From Bacilli bacterium (GTDB taxonomy: Bacteria; Bacillota_I; Bacilli_A; RFN20; UBA1709): 64,000 nucleotides of DNA. The DNA lies in the NCBI GenBank assembly GCA_050949315.1, contig JBMNFL010000001.1:32001-96000 (forward strand). The letters run 5' to 3'. Under the pieces are notes generated by a model. It was not told the DNA's origin. It saw only the letters and a list, made by a program, of their open reading frames with translations, and searched no databases. Positions 39,014-48,704 of the stretch are shown here, in pieces. The position numbers and the translations under genes were made by a program. Numbering within the stretch: the first letter of the stretch is position 1; each line of letters opens with the position of its first letter.

Positions 39014-40348
39014 TTATTTCAAAACTTCCCAATAACCATATTGATTATTTCCTATCCTTTGCAAATAGCCCTTTTTAATTAAAGCATTAGTATATCTTTG
39101 TACAGTTTTTTCGGTTTTTCCTATTGCTTTAGCTAAATCCATTTTAATAATTTTGGAATTCTCTTTAATTAAATTTAATATCGTTTTTTCGTTTTCGTTT
39201 AAGTCATCAGCATAGACATTTGGTTGGACATTTGGGTGGACATTTTTTCTGTGAAAAGTAAAATAAAAACCATAAGCGGTATTTTCAAAAGACCATTTTA
39301 TATCTGCTTCTAAACAAAGCTTATTCATTCTTTTATATCCTGTACCGGACTTTTCAACATCTTTACATCTAAATAATGTTTCTAATATCAAAGGATTTCT
39401 TTTTATTGATGAAATATCTTTTTCTATAAAATCATGTGGAGTAAGCTCATCAGGAAAAGATCCTGGATTAAAGATGGTTATTTTATTTGGATGAATATTT
39501 ATTTCTATTTCTGGACTGTTTTTGTAGTTAGCATGTGCAAAGGCATTAATTACCATTTCTCTTAATGCAGCTATAGGAATTTCTGGTATTTCATCTCTTT
39601 GTGTTCCCTTGATATCTATTCTCCAATTAATACGATTTCTTAAATAAACCATGGCCTCATTAATCAAATTATAAATATTATCTTTAAATAATTTTAAATC
39701 ATTAAATGTTATTTTCTCATTTGTAGCAAAACTAGCCACTTTTAAACTAACAGGAGCATTTTTCCCAAATAAATAAAAGGCGGCATTAGTTAACATCCCA
39801 TTTGATAAAAGACCAAGAATAGTAAGAAGGCTTTTTTTATTATATTCTTTCATTTGAAGTCTTCCACAATTTATGGATTCTTTATAAAAAAGCCCGAGAG
39901 TTTTATCATCTATTTCATCTAAGTCATGAGATGAAGGTTCTTTTTCCCATTGCAAAGAATAATTGCTTTCTTTAATAAGCCTAATCAATTCATCACGGCT
40001 CATTTTTCTATTTTGAGTACCAACACGAATTAAAAATTTACCATAGGCAGAATAAGGTTGTTGTGTTCCTGAAAAAGACACCTTAATAATACTTTTCCCA
40101 TCAATAACAAGACTCTCTATTGTTGGAGTAATTTTTGGTTCTATATCTCTTGTAATTGATTCAGCCAAATCTTTTAAAGTAGAGTCACTAACTATTTGCC
40201 CCCGAATATTACCATTATCGTATACTCCGAAGTATAATACGCCACAACCATGTTTGTTAATAATAGCTGCAATGGATTCCAAAGCTTCATGTCTTTCGCT
40301 TGTTGATTCTTTAAATTCTAATATTTCAGACTCATGACCCAAGTTCAT
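39014..40348 (-). CDS. Schlafen/AlbA_2 domain + GHKL-like (HATPase_c_4) domain + C-terminal winged HTH protein
   Basis: ESEILEFKES and IN..G.G.LYFGV.D.G (AlbA_2); ALREMVINAFAH, NPG, RNPLI, EKSGTG; C-terminal LAKAIGKTEKTVQRY...G.W; ATG at 40348 after GAGGTG; AT-rich. Confidence 0.85.
   Translation of the reverse strand: MNLGHESEILEFKESTSERHEALESIAAIINKHGCGVLYFGVYDNGNIRGQIVSDSTLKDLAESITRDIEPKITPTIESLVIDGKSIIKVSFSGTQQPYSAYGKFLIRVGTQNRKMSRDELIRLIKESNYSLQWEKEPSSHDLDEIDDKTLGLFYKESINCGRLQMKEYNKKSLLTILGLLSNGMLTNAAFYLFGKNAPVSLKVASFATNEKITFNDLKLFKDNIYNLINEAMVYLRNRINWRIDIKGTQRDEIPEIPIAALREMVINAFAHANYKNSPEIEINIHPNKITIFNPGSFPDELTPHDFIEKDISSIKRNPLILETLFRCKDVEKSGTGYKRMNKLCLEADIKWSFENTAYGFYFTFHRKNVHPNVQPNVYADDLNENEKTILNLIKENSKIIKMDLAKAIGKTEKTVQRYTNALIKKGYLQRIGNNQYGYWEVLK
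39215..39245 (-). repeat. intragenic 12-bp tandem repeat encoding NVHP-NVQP-NV; inverted copy of the promoter repeat
   Basis: Minus strand AAATGTCCACCCAAATGTCCAACCAAATGTC, 30/31 identical to plus strand 40379-40409. Confidence 0.92.
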
Positions 40349-40371
40349 ACAAACACCTCTCTTTTTACTCA

Positions 40372-40400
40372 TCATAGCAAATGTCCACCCAAATGTCCAC
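40372..40400 (-). promoter_or_regulatory. sigmaA-type promoter of the Schlafen/AlbA_2 gene, embedded in the tandem repeat
   Basis: Minus strand TGGACA-17 nt-TATGAT with extended TG. Confidence 0.65.
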
Positions 40401-40417
40401 CCAAATGTCCACCCAAA
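40378..40417 (+). repeat. three perfect 12-bp tandem repeats CAAATGTCCACC plus a partial unit
   Basis: Read directly from the sequence. Confidence 0.95.
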
Positions 40418-40596
40418 ACTTTATTGTTTTAAGAAAGACTATTAAAACAGAGAAAACCAATTGTTCAGATTAAAATAAAAAAAGAATCACGTAATAATAG
40501 ATAATAACTTTTAATGTAATGAGTATTCAAACTTGTCCTGGTTGACTTTTATGCTTTTTATGGACATAATAAGATTATTCTAAGGGGGAGAAGAGA

Positions 40597-41160
40597 ATGA
40601 AGCGAGGACTATTGATTATCCTGAGTGGTCCAAGTGGTGTTGGCAAGGGGACAATTCGCGCCCGCCTTTTCGCTGATCCTAAGCTTAATCTTGTTTATTC
40701 AGTCTCGATGACAACACGCCCTATTAGACCTGGAGAGAAAGAAGGAATTGATTATTACTTTGTTTCCAAAAATCGTTTTTTAGATGCGATTGAAAATGGT
40801 GAGCTTTTAGAACACGCGGTCTTTGTTGGTAATTATTATGGAACCCCTAAAAAATACGTGGATGATTTACGCGATAAGGGTTTAAATGTGGTCTTAGAAA
40901 TTGAAACTGAAGGTGCTAAACAGGTTATCGATAAATGCCCAGATGCCATCTCTATTTTCATTATCCCGCCATCTTTTGATGAACTAGTCAGGCGCATTCG
41001 CAGTCGGCGTACCGAAGCAGAGGAGATTATTCAAAAACGTTTAAATAAGGCCAGTTATGAAATGCAGTTGCTAGATATTTATTCTCATGTGGTTGTCAAT
41101 GATAATGTTGATAAAGCTGCTGAGAAGATTAAGGAAATTCTTAGGGGCTATTTAAAGTAA
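40597..41160 (+). CDS. gmk: guanylate kinase
   Basis: GPSGVGKGT, TTRPIRPGEKEGIDYYF, YYGT. Confidence 0.96.
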   Translation: MKRGLLIILSGPSGVGKGTIRARLFADPKLNLVYSVSMTTRPIRPGEKEGIDYYFVSKNRFLDAIENGELLEHAVFVGNYYGTPKKYVDDLRDKGLNVVLEIETEGAKQVIDKCPDAISIFIIPPSFDELVRRIRSRRTEAEEIIQKRLNKASYEMQLLDIYSHVVVNDNVDKAAEKIKEILRGYLK

Positions 41161-41166
41161 AAGAAT

Positions 41167-41188
41167 AAAGCGGTTATCCGCTTTTTTT
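41167..41188 (+). terminator. intrinsic terminator after gmk
   Basis: AAAGCGG-TTAT-CCGCTTTTTTT. Confidence 0.75.
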
Positions 41189-41262
41189 AATAGTTTCTGC
41201 CTTCATTTTTCTATGTTTTTGTTAGAACTATATGTTAAAATCTAAAAAAGGAGTTGATTTAG

Positions 41263-43455
41263 ATGCGCATTGCCAAAGTTTATATTGAACATCCAATAGC
41301 TAGTCTAGATTTTCCTTTGGATTATTTTGTAAGTCCCCAAACCGAAATTACAGCAGGTGTTCGAGTGGAAGTGGAACTGCAAAATCGCTTTGTTGTCGGT
41401 TATGTGGAAGAGATTGTCAATACAGAACTCACCATTGAAGAATATCAAGAAAAGAGTGGTTTTACTATTAAACCGATAATAAAGGTTTTAGATCAAGAAG
41501 CCCTGTTAAATCCGGAGTTGCAGGCTCTGGCGCATTTTCTAGCTTCGTCAACTTTATCTCCAGTCATTTCCGCTTATCAGACGATTTTGCCGCCAGCTTT
41601 ACGTCCAACATCTGGGCCTAAAGTGGGGATCAAGAAATTAAAGACAATAAAAGTTTTAGATGACGATACTGAGGGTTTAACAGTGGGGCAGGCGAACTTA
41701 TTAAAAAGAATAAAAAGTGATGAAATCTATCTTAAAGATGTTTCTAGCAAGAGTATGCTCAAAAAATTAGAAGCCTTAGAAAAAATTGTTATCTATGATA
41801 AAGAAATATATCGTTCACCTTATGATTTTTCTGATATTAAGAAAAAGAAGGGGCCTATCTTAAACGCTGAACAGGAAAAAGCTATTAATGAAGTTTTGAA
41901 TAATGATGCCAAGGTTTATTTACTTGAAGGTGTGACCGGAAGTGGCAAAACCGAAGTTTATATTAACCTAGCCATTGCGACCTTAAAAGAAGGGAAAAAC
42001 GTCTTAATTTTGGTTCCCGAGATTTCTCTAACCCCCGCTATGGTCAAACGCTTTGCTGAACGCATAGAGGAGAAAATCGCTGTTCTTCATGGTTCTCTAA
42101 GCATGGGGGAACGCTATGATGAATATCGAAGAATTGCTTCGGGAGAAGCGAAAATTGTGATAGGGGCCCGTAGTGCGGTCTTTGCTCCGCTAGCCAAAAT
42201 TGGTTTAATCGTTGTCGATGAAGAACATAGTGAATCTTATAAACAGGACAATGTGCCTAGTTACCATGTTTTAGATGTTGTTATGGAACGACAGAGAAAT
42301 TCCAATTGCAAAGTTGTTTTAGGTAGTGCTACCCCCAGTCTGGAATCTAAAGCCCGGGCTGTTAAAGGTCTTTATCAACAGCTTTATTTAACTAAAAGGA
42401 TTAATAATCGTCCTTTACCCAAGGTGGAACTTGTGGATATGCTAAAAGAGGCCAAAAGTGGGAATATTGGTTTCTTGTCAAAGTCCTTAAAATCGGCTCT
42501 CCAGCAATGTCTTGACCGCAATGAACAAGCCATTATTTTATTGAATCGGCGAGGTTATGCTATAAGTATGTTTTGTCGAACTTGTGGCCATGTTTTTAAA
42601 TGTCCAAATTGTGGTGTGGCTTTGCATTATCACCATAGCGATAAAGTCTTAAAATGTCATTATTGTGGCTATGAAATAGGGCGACCAAGTACTTGTCCAA
42701 AATGCAAAGGGACTCACTTACAAACAGCAGGAATAGGTACCCAAAAAGTCGAAGAAATTTTAAATAAGAGATTTAATAATGCGCGTGTGATTAGAATGGA
42801 TATTGACAGCGTTAAAAATCGTGGTGGTCACCAAAAAATTTTGGAGGCTTTTGAAAGTGGAAAATATAATATTTTATTAGGAACGCAGATGATTGCTAAG
42901 GGTCTAGATTTTCCAAATGTAACACTAGTTGGGGTCTTGAATGCTGACACTGCTTTATACTGTGGAGATTTTCGCTCCAACGAGCGCACTTTCCAACTAT
43001 TGACCCAAGTGGTGGGCCGTAGTGGAAGAGGAGCGATGATTGGGCGGGCGATTATTCAAACTTACAACATCGATGCCTATGCTATTAATTTGGCAGCTAA
43101 GCAGGATTACAGTGCCTTTTTCAAACGCGAAATGCAATACCGTCATGAGTGTATGTATCCGCCATATAGTTTTCTAGTGAAAATAATGTTTATGGGAACT
43201 AATAAGGATCGTGTTTTAGCCTTCGCAGAAAGCATTAGGCGCCACATTTTAAACGAAAGTCAGGGCATGTGGTTAGAAATATTAGGCCCAGTTGAGCCCT
43301 ACATACCCAAGAGATTTAATAAATATCGTTACCGAATTATGTTAAAATATAAAGATAAGGTGGCTATGCAAGAATTATTGCAGAATTTACGTGAACTTAC
43401 CCGAAATGAGCCGATTGATGTTCATTTTGATACAAGCCCCTATAATGAGATTTAA
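41263..43455 (+). CDS. priA: primosomal protein N' (PriA helicase)
   Basis: GVTGSGKTEVY, DEEH, SATPS, four CxxC pairs, QVVGRSGR. Confidence 0.96.
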   Translation: MRIAKVYIEHPIASLDFPLDYFVSPQTEITAGVRVEVELQNRFVVGYVEEIVNTELTIEEYQEKSGFTIKPIIKVLDQEALLNPELQALAHFLASSTLSPVISAYQTILPPALRPTSGPKVGIKKLKTIKVLDDDTEGLTVGQANLLKRIKSDEIYLKDVSSKSMLKKLEALEKIVIYDKEIYRSPYDFSDIKKKKGPILNAEQEKAINEVLNNDAKVYLLEGVTGSGKTEVYINLAIATLKEGKNVLILVPEISLTPAMVKRFAERIEEKIAVLHGSLSMGERYDEYRRIASGEAKIVIGARSAVFAPLAKIGLIVVDEEHSESYKQDNVPSYHVLDVVMERQRNSNCKVVLGSATPSLESKARAVKGLYQQLYLTKRINNRPLPKVELVDMLKEAKSGNIGFLSKSLKSALQQCLDRNEQAIILLNRRGYAISMFCRTCGHVFKCPNCGVALHYHHSDKVLKCHYCGYEIGRPSTCPKCKGTHLQTAGIGTQKVEEILNKRFNNARVIRMDIDSVKNRGGHQKILEAFESGKYNILLGTQMIAKGLDFPNVTLVGVLNADTALYCGDFRSNERTFQLLTQVVGRSGRGAMIGRAIIQTYNIDAYAINLAAKQDYSAFFKREMQYRHECMYPPYSFLVKIMFMGTNKDRVLAFAESIRRHILNESQGMWLEILGPVEPYIPKRFNKYRYRIMLKYKDKVAMQELLQNLRELTRNEPIDVHFDTSPYNEI

Positions 43456-43463
43456 GGAGAACA

Positions 43464-44738
43464 ATGAAAGTTAGAGAATTAGCCTTTGAAATTATAAGCA
43501 CCTTCTATAAAAAGAAAACTTTTATCAATATTGCTTTATCCCAAGCGATTAGGAGGCATAATTTAACGGCAGTTGACCGCGCTTTTTTAACGCGCTTAGT
43601 TTATGGAACTTTACAAAATCATCGTTTACTAGATTATGAAATAAAAAAGGTCACTACTAATAAAAAAATCCGTCCGGATATGCGCAGTTTACTAAAGTGT
43701 GCGCTTTATCAAATGCGTTTTATGGATAAAGTTCCAGCTTATGCCATAATCAATGAGAGTGTTGAGATTGCAAAAAAGAATTTTGGTTTACAAGCCACCT
43801 CCTTTTGTAATGCAGTCCTTAGACAATTACAAAAAGAAAAATTCGAACCAAAAAGAGAAGAATTTATTGATGAATTAGCCTATTTATCTTTGGTTTATTC
43901 CCATCCTGAGTGGCTGCTTAGAATGGTCGCCAAACATCACGGACAAGATTCGGCTATCTGTTGGTTAAAAAACAATCATAAAGAGGCACCGCTTACTGTT
44001 CGTGTTAATACTTTAAAGGCCAAAAAGGAAGAGTTATTAAAACTTGGCTTTTTTAGAGAAAATTTAGCCAGCTCTGAAGCATTAGACTATATAGATAAGG
44101 GGAATCCTGCTGATTTACCAGAGTTCTTAGCTGGTAAATTCGTAATTCAAGATCTTTCTAGTCAACTGGTGGCGAGTTTGTTGAATCCTAAAGTTGGCGA
44201 TACGGTTTTAGATATGTGTGCCGCCCCGGGTTCTAAGACTTATCATTTAGCCGCCTTGATGAAAAATCAAGGAAAAATAGTGGCGCTTGATATCCATGAA
44301 CATCGTTTAAAGTTACTGGTGGGTAATTTACCAAGATTGGGTATCTCTATTGTGGAAACAAAACAATGTGATGCGACCAAACTCGATCAATTCTTCCCAG
44401 CCGAAAGTTTCGATGCCGTTTTACTAGATGCTCCTTGTTCGGGTCTAGGGGTTATTCGCCGCAAGCCTGATATTTTAATTAATTTGAAACAAGAGGCTTT
44501 GGACTCTTTAATTGATACTCAACGTCTTTTGATTGATCAAGCGGTTAAAGTAGTTAAAAAAGGCGGGACTTTAGTTTATTCCACCTGCACAATTAATAAA
44601 AAAGAAAACGAAGGACAGATAGAATATCTTTTAAAGCGCTATCCAAATTTTAAGTTGGAGAGTCAAACGCTTATTTTAGATAATGAAAACTTAAACGATG
44701 ATTTCTTTATGGCAAAATTGAGAAGGAGTGATGGTTAA
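43464..44738 (+). CDS. rsmB: 16S rRNA m5C967 methyltransferase
   Basis: NusB-like N-terminus, DMCAAPGSK, DAPCSGLG, YSTCT. Confidence 0.93.
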   Translation: MKVRELAFEIISTFYKKKTFINIALSQAIRRHNLTAVDRAFLTRLVYGTLQNHRLLDYEIKKVTTNKKIRPDMRSLLKCALYQMRFMDKVPAYAIINESVEIAKKNFGLQATSFCNAVLRQLQKEKFEPKREEFIDELAYLSLVYSHPEWLLRMVAKHHGQDSAICWLKNNHKEAPLTVRVNTLKAKKEELLKLGFFRENLASSEALDYIDKGNPADLPEFLAGKFVIQDLSSQLVASLLNPKVGDTVLDMCAAPGSKTYHLAALMKNQGKIVALDIHEHRLKLLVGNLPRLGISIVETKQCDATKLDQFFPAESFDAVLLDAPCSGLGVIRRKPDILINLKQEALDSLIDTQRLLIDQAVKVVKKGGTLVYSTCTINKKENEGQIEYLLKRYPNFKLESQTLILDNENLNDDFFMAKLRRSDG

Positions 44739-44739
44739 T

Positions 44740-45768
44740 ATGCGAAATATTTACGGAATCACTCGTCAAGACCTTGAAAAAGAAATGCTGGCTTTGGGAC
44801 AGAAAACTTATCGAGCAAAACAACTATTTACCTGGCTTTATCAAAAAAACGCTCAGGATTTTGGAGAGATGAGCGATGTTGCTAAAGCCTTTAGAGTGAC
44901 GCTAAAAACTTTATATTATCTTCATAAACCTACGATATTCACCAAGCAACAGGCTAGTGATGGGACGATTAAACTATTGCTTGAAATGGAAGATGGTGCC
45001 AAAGTTGAGACTGTTTTGATGCGTTATGAATATGGAAATTCTCTTTGTGTTTCTTGTCAAGTTGGTTGTAGTATGTCCTGTACTTTTTGCGCTAGTGGGC
45101 TTTTAAAAAAGCAACGCAATTTAACGGCAGCAGAAATGTTAGGACAAGTTATGGTGATGAACGATTTGTTAAGAGAAGAGCAAACAAGTGTTAGTCATAT
45201 TGTCGTTATGGGCACGGGTGAACCTTTTGATAATTATACTGAAGTTTTAAATTTTATTCGTATTTGTAATGATCCTCATGCTTTGAATATTGGGGCTAGG
45301 CATATTACGGTTTCTACTTGCGGTATTCCCGATAAAATTCGACAGTATGCTAATGAAGGACTTCAAGTAAATTTGGCTATTTCTTTACATGCCAGTAACA
45401 ATTATCTTCGTTCTCAGATAATGCCTATTAATCGCGTTTATCCTTTGGAAGAACTAATGGAAGCGATTCGCTATTATGAAAAAACCAGTTCCCGACGGGT
45501 AACTTTTGAATATATTATGCTTAAAGATTTTAATGATAGGGTAGAGCAAGCTAAGGAATTAGCAAAACTTTTAAAAGGTTTGAATGCTTATGTGAATTTA
45601 ATACCGTATAATGAAGTTGAAGGCTTGTCCTTCTTCCGCTCACTGCGAGAAAATGTTAATCTATTTATGGACACCTTAAAAAATAGTGGTGTCAATGTGA
45701 CGGTTCGCAAAGAATTTGGTCATGATATTGATGCGGCCTGTGGGCAGCTACGAGCGAAAAGGAGTTAG
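44740..45768 (+). CDS. rlmN: 23S rRNA/tRNA m2A methyltransferase (radical SAM)
   Basis: CSMSCTFC, MGTGEP, DIDAACGQL. Confidence 0.95.
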   Translation: MRNIYGITRQDLEKEMLALGQKTYRAKQLFTWLYQKNAQDFGEMSDVAKAFRVTLKTLYYLHKPTIFTKQQASDGTIKLLLEMEDGAKVETVLMRYEYGNSLCVSCQVGCSMSCTFCASGLLKKQRNLTAAEMLGQVMVMNDLLREEQTSVSHIVVMGTGEPFDNYTEVLNFIRICNDPHALNIGARHITVSTCGIPDKIRQYANEGLQVNLAISLHASNNYLRSQIMPINRVYPLEELMEAIRYYEKTSSRRVTFEYIMLKDFNDRVEQAKELAKLLKGLNAYVNLIPYNEVEGLSFFRSLRENVNLFMDTLKNSGVNVTVRKEFGHDIDAACGQLRAKRS

Positions 45769-45771
45769 TGG

Positions 45772-46632
45772 ATGGCGAAAGGATTCATAACAAAAGTTAA
45801 TGCGGGTCAGTATACAGTTTTTGCTAAGGGCAAAAGCTATGTTTGCCGTGCGCGTGGTAAATTCAGGATTGGCGAATATAGTCCTATGGTTGGCGACATG
45901 GTAGACTTTGATCCTAAAAACGCCTATCTTCTAAAAATCCATAAGCGTAAAAACCAATTAGTTAGGCCACCACTAGCTAATGTAGAAAATATAGCAATTA
46001 TCGCTTCTGTGACTAATCCTGTCATTCCCCTATCCTTAGTTAAACGCTTTATTGTGGTTGGCGAAGTAATAGGAATTAAACCTTTGATTGTTTTTACTAA
46101 AATTGATCTAGCGAGTGATGATGATTACTTAAAAGAACAAGAACTATTAAATAGTCTTGGTTATGAATGTTATGCTTATTCTTCTAAAACACAAGAAGGC
46201 TTAGAAAAATTGAAAGAAGTTTTTTCAGCAAAGAAAACGGTTTTCGTAGGACAAAGTGGGGTAGGCAAATCAACCTTGATTAACTTTTTGATTCCCGGTA
46301 CGCGTCAGAAAACTGGAGATATTTCTAAGGCTTTAGGCCGAGGACGACATGTTACGCGTGTTGTTGAGTATTTGGCTTATGAGAATGGCTGGATTGCGGA
46401 CACTCCTGGCTTTTCAAGCCTTGATTTTGACTTAGAACCCGTTGACTTAGCCGCCTATTATCCGGGCTTTGAAAAATATTATCCTCAATGTAAATTCCGG
46501 AACTGTGTTCATGATAGCGAAAAGGATTGCGCTGTTAAAAAAGCGGTCTTAGCAGGAGAAATAAGTTCTAAATATTATGAAGAGTATTTAGCCCTTTTAA
46601 AAGAAATTCGCTTGGGAAAGGAGCGTAGTTAA
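45772..46632 (+). CDS. rsgA: ribosome small subunit-dependent GTPase A
   Basis: TKID, GQSGVGKS, GRHVT, DTPG, CKFRNCVH..E.DC. Confidence 0.94.
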   Translation: MAKGFITKVNAGQYTVFAKGKSYVCRARGKFRIGEYSPMVGDMVDFDPKNAYLLKIHKRKNQLVRPPLANVENIAIIASVTNPVIPLSLVKRFIVVGEVIGIKPLIVFTKIDLASDDDYLKEQELLNSLGYECYAYSSKTQEGLEKLKEVFSAKKTVFVGQSGVGKSTLINFLIPGTRQKTGDISKALGRGRHVTRVVEYLAYENGWIADTPGFSSLDFDLEPVDLAAYYPGFEKYYPQCKFRNCVHDSEKDCAVKKAVLAGEISSKYYEEYLALLKEIRLGKERS

Positions 46633-46633
46633 A

Positions 46634-47293
46634 ATGGCAGAATTGATTGTGGCCCCGTCCTTGTTGTCGGCCGATTTTTCTAATCTTGAAAGAGAAATAG
46701 AACTAGTTAAAAAAAGCAAGGCAAAATGGATACATTTTGATGTTATGGATGGTCATTTTGTCCCCAACATTTCCTTTGGAAGTAAGGTGTTGGCAGATGT
46801 TAGCAAGTTGAGTGATTTGTTTTTAGATGTCCACTTAATGATTACGGATCCCGATAAATATGCCGAAACTTTTGTTCGCGCTGGAGCCGACCTTATTACT
46901 TTTCATTACGAGGTTTTTGATGATTATGATGTCTGTTTAGAACTGATTCAAAAAATTAAAGCCTTGGGTGCTCAGGTTGGTATTTCTGTTAAACCCAAGA
47001 CAGTAACAAATGCGGTTTTACCTCTGCTTCGTCATCTTAATTTGATTTTAGTTATGAGTGTTGAACCGGGCTTTGGTGGTCAAAAATTTCAAGAACAGGC
47101 CCTATCAAAAATCCGTGATTTAAGAAAGTATATTGATAGAAATCATCTAAAATGTTTAATTGAAGTTGATGGTGGTATTGATGAGTTTACTGGTCCTCGT
47201 TGTCGTGAGGCTGGTGTTGATGTTTTGGTGGCGGGGAGTTATCTTTTTGGGCATGCGGATCTTCCCGAGCGTGTTGAACGCCTATTTGAATAG
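46634..47293 (+). CDS. rpe: ribulose-phosphate 3-epimerase
   Basis: APSLLSADF, HFDVMDGHFVPN, MSVEPGFGGQ, VDGG. Confidence 0.96.
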   Translation: MAELIVAPSLLSADFSNLEREIELVKKSKAKWIHFDVMDGHFVPNISFGSKVLADVSKLSDLFLDVHLMITDPDKYAETFVRAGADLITFHYEVFDDYDVCLELIQKIKALGAQVGISVKPKTVTNAVLPLLRHLNLILVMSVEPGFGGQKFQEQALSKIRDLRKYIDRNHLKCLIEVDGGIDEFTGPRCREAGVDVLVAGSYLFGHADLPERVERLFE

Positions 47294-47317
47294 AAATGGA
47301 ACACCGTTCCATTTTTT
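47294..47317 (+). terminator. intrinsic terminator after rpe
   Basis: AAATGGAAC-ACC-GTTCCATTTTTT. Confidence 0.75.
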
Positions 47318-47359
47318 ATTGAACGTGGTATAATTACGCCATAGAAAGAGGAAGAAAAA

Positions 47360-48595
47360 ATGTATCGAATTGGCATAATTGGAGCGGGAGCCTGTGGCTT
47401 AATGTGCGCCAATTATTTATTAAAAAAAGCGAATGGTGCGCTAACAATTGACTTAATTGAGAAGGCACCTAAAGTAGGACAAAAAATCTTGGTAACAGGG
47501 AACGGACGCTGTAATTTTAGCAATGTTAATATCAATCCCTTGGCTTATAATGATCCGGCTTTTGTAAAAAAAGTGCTTGGCTCTGATTCTGTTTCAAGAC
47601 TCTTGAGTGTTTTTGAAGAACTTGGACTTCTTGCTTATAAAGATGAAGAGGGTAGAATCTATCCTGTTAGTGATAATGCCACCACGGTTTTAAGTGTTCT
47701 TATCACACCTTTAATTTCAGATAAAACAAAAAATGTTCGGTTACTAACCGAAGAAGAAATAATTGATATTAGTCGAAATAAAGACACTTATTTTGTTAAA
47801 ACGCAAGATAAATTACTAGAGTATGATGCTTTGGTTTTAGCTACAGGCAATTGTTTATTTGCTAAAGATAAGTCTTTCATGAACATTTTAAACAAACTAG
47901 ATTTAGAGTTTACCCGATTTGAGCCAGCTTTAACACCACTAGTGACACTTGATAATCTAAAAACATTATCGGGAATAAGAGTCAAAGGAAAAATTGATTT
48001 ATATCTGAATGATGAACTGTATAGTGCTAAAGGTGAAATACTTTTTAAAGCCAATGCTCTTTCAGGAATTGCCGCTTTTGAATTATCTTCTTATTTAGCT
48101 CGCGCTAAAGTTCGTGAAGAAAACATTATGAAAAGTTTAGTTAAAATAAATCTTTTGCCAGATTATTCAGATGTTTTTTCTATTCTACAAAAAAGAAGAG
48201 AAACACTTTCTAAACAAGAGAGCACATATTTTTTACAGGGTTTATTCAATAAAATGATCAACCAAAGAATTTTTAAACAAGCCCAGATAAATTTTGCTTC
48301 ACGTAGTTGTGCCGAAATAAGCGACGATGAACTGAGGTGTTTAGTTTCGGCTATTGAGGGCTTGACTTTTACCTTGGCGCCTATGACTAATATTAAACCA
48401 GTTCAAGTTTTAGCTGGGGGTCTTAAATTAGAACAAGTAAAAGCCGAAACTTTAGAATGTAAAAAGCACCCCAATTTGTATATTGGTGGTGAACTTTTAA
48501 ATATTGATGGACTTTGTGGAGGGTATAATTTGCATTTTGCCTTTATTTCGGCTTTAAAAATTGCCGAGGCAATACTTGCTAAAGTAGAGCAGTAA
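47360..48595 (+). CDS. HI0933/BaiN-family flavoprotein
   Basis: GAGACG, KILVTGNGRCN, GRIYP, GELLNIDGLCGGYNL. Confidence 0.9.
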   Translation: MYRIGIIGAGACGLMCANYLLKKANGALTIDLIEKAPKVGQKILVTGNGRCNFSNVNINPLAYNDPAFVKKVLGSDSVSRLLSVFEELGLLAYKDEEGRIYPVSDNATTVLSVLITPLISDKTKNVRLLTEEEIIDISRNKDTYFVKTQDKLLEYDALVLATGNCLFAKDKSFMNILNKLDLEFTRFEPALTPLVTLDNLKTLSGIRVKGKIDLYLNDELYSAKGEILFKANALSGIAAFELSSYLARAKVREENIMKSLVKINLLPDYSDVFSILQKRRETLSKQESTYFLQGLFNKMINQRIFKQAQINFASRSCAEISDDELRCLVSAIEGLTFTLAPMTNIKPVQVLAGGLKLEQVKAETLECKKHPNLYIGGELLNIDGLCGGYNLHFAFISALKIAEAILAKVEQ

Positions 48596-48640
48596 CTGTT
48601 TTACTTGTTTTTTAGAAAAGATAAGTAATAAAAAAAGCGA

Positions 48641-48677
48641 CAATCTTTTTGCAAAAAGATTGCTACTGTGATAAAAT
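48641..48677 (+). promoter_or_regulatory. sigmaA promoter overlapped by a perfect 22-bp palindrome
   Basis: CAATCTTTTTGCAAAAAGATTG (48641-48662); TTGCAA (48649-48654)-17 nt-TAAAAT (48672-48677) with extended TG. Confidence 0.65.
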
Positions 48678-48704
48678 ACTGAAGTCAAAGCAGGAGGTGA
48701 TTAG

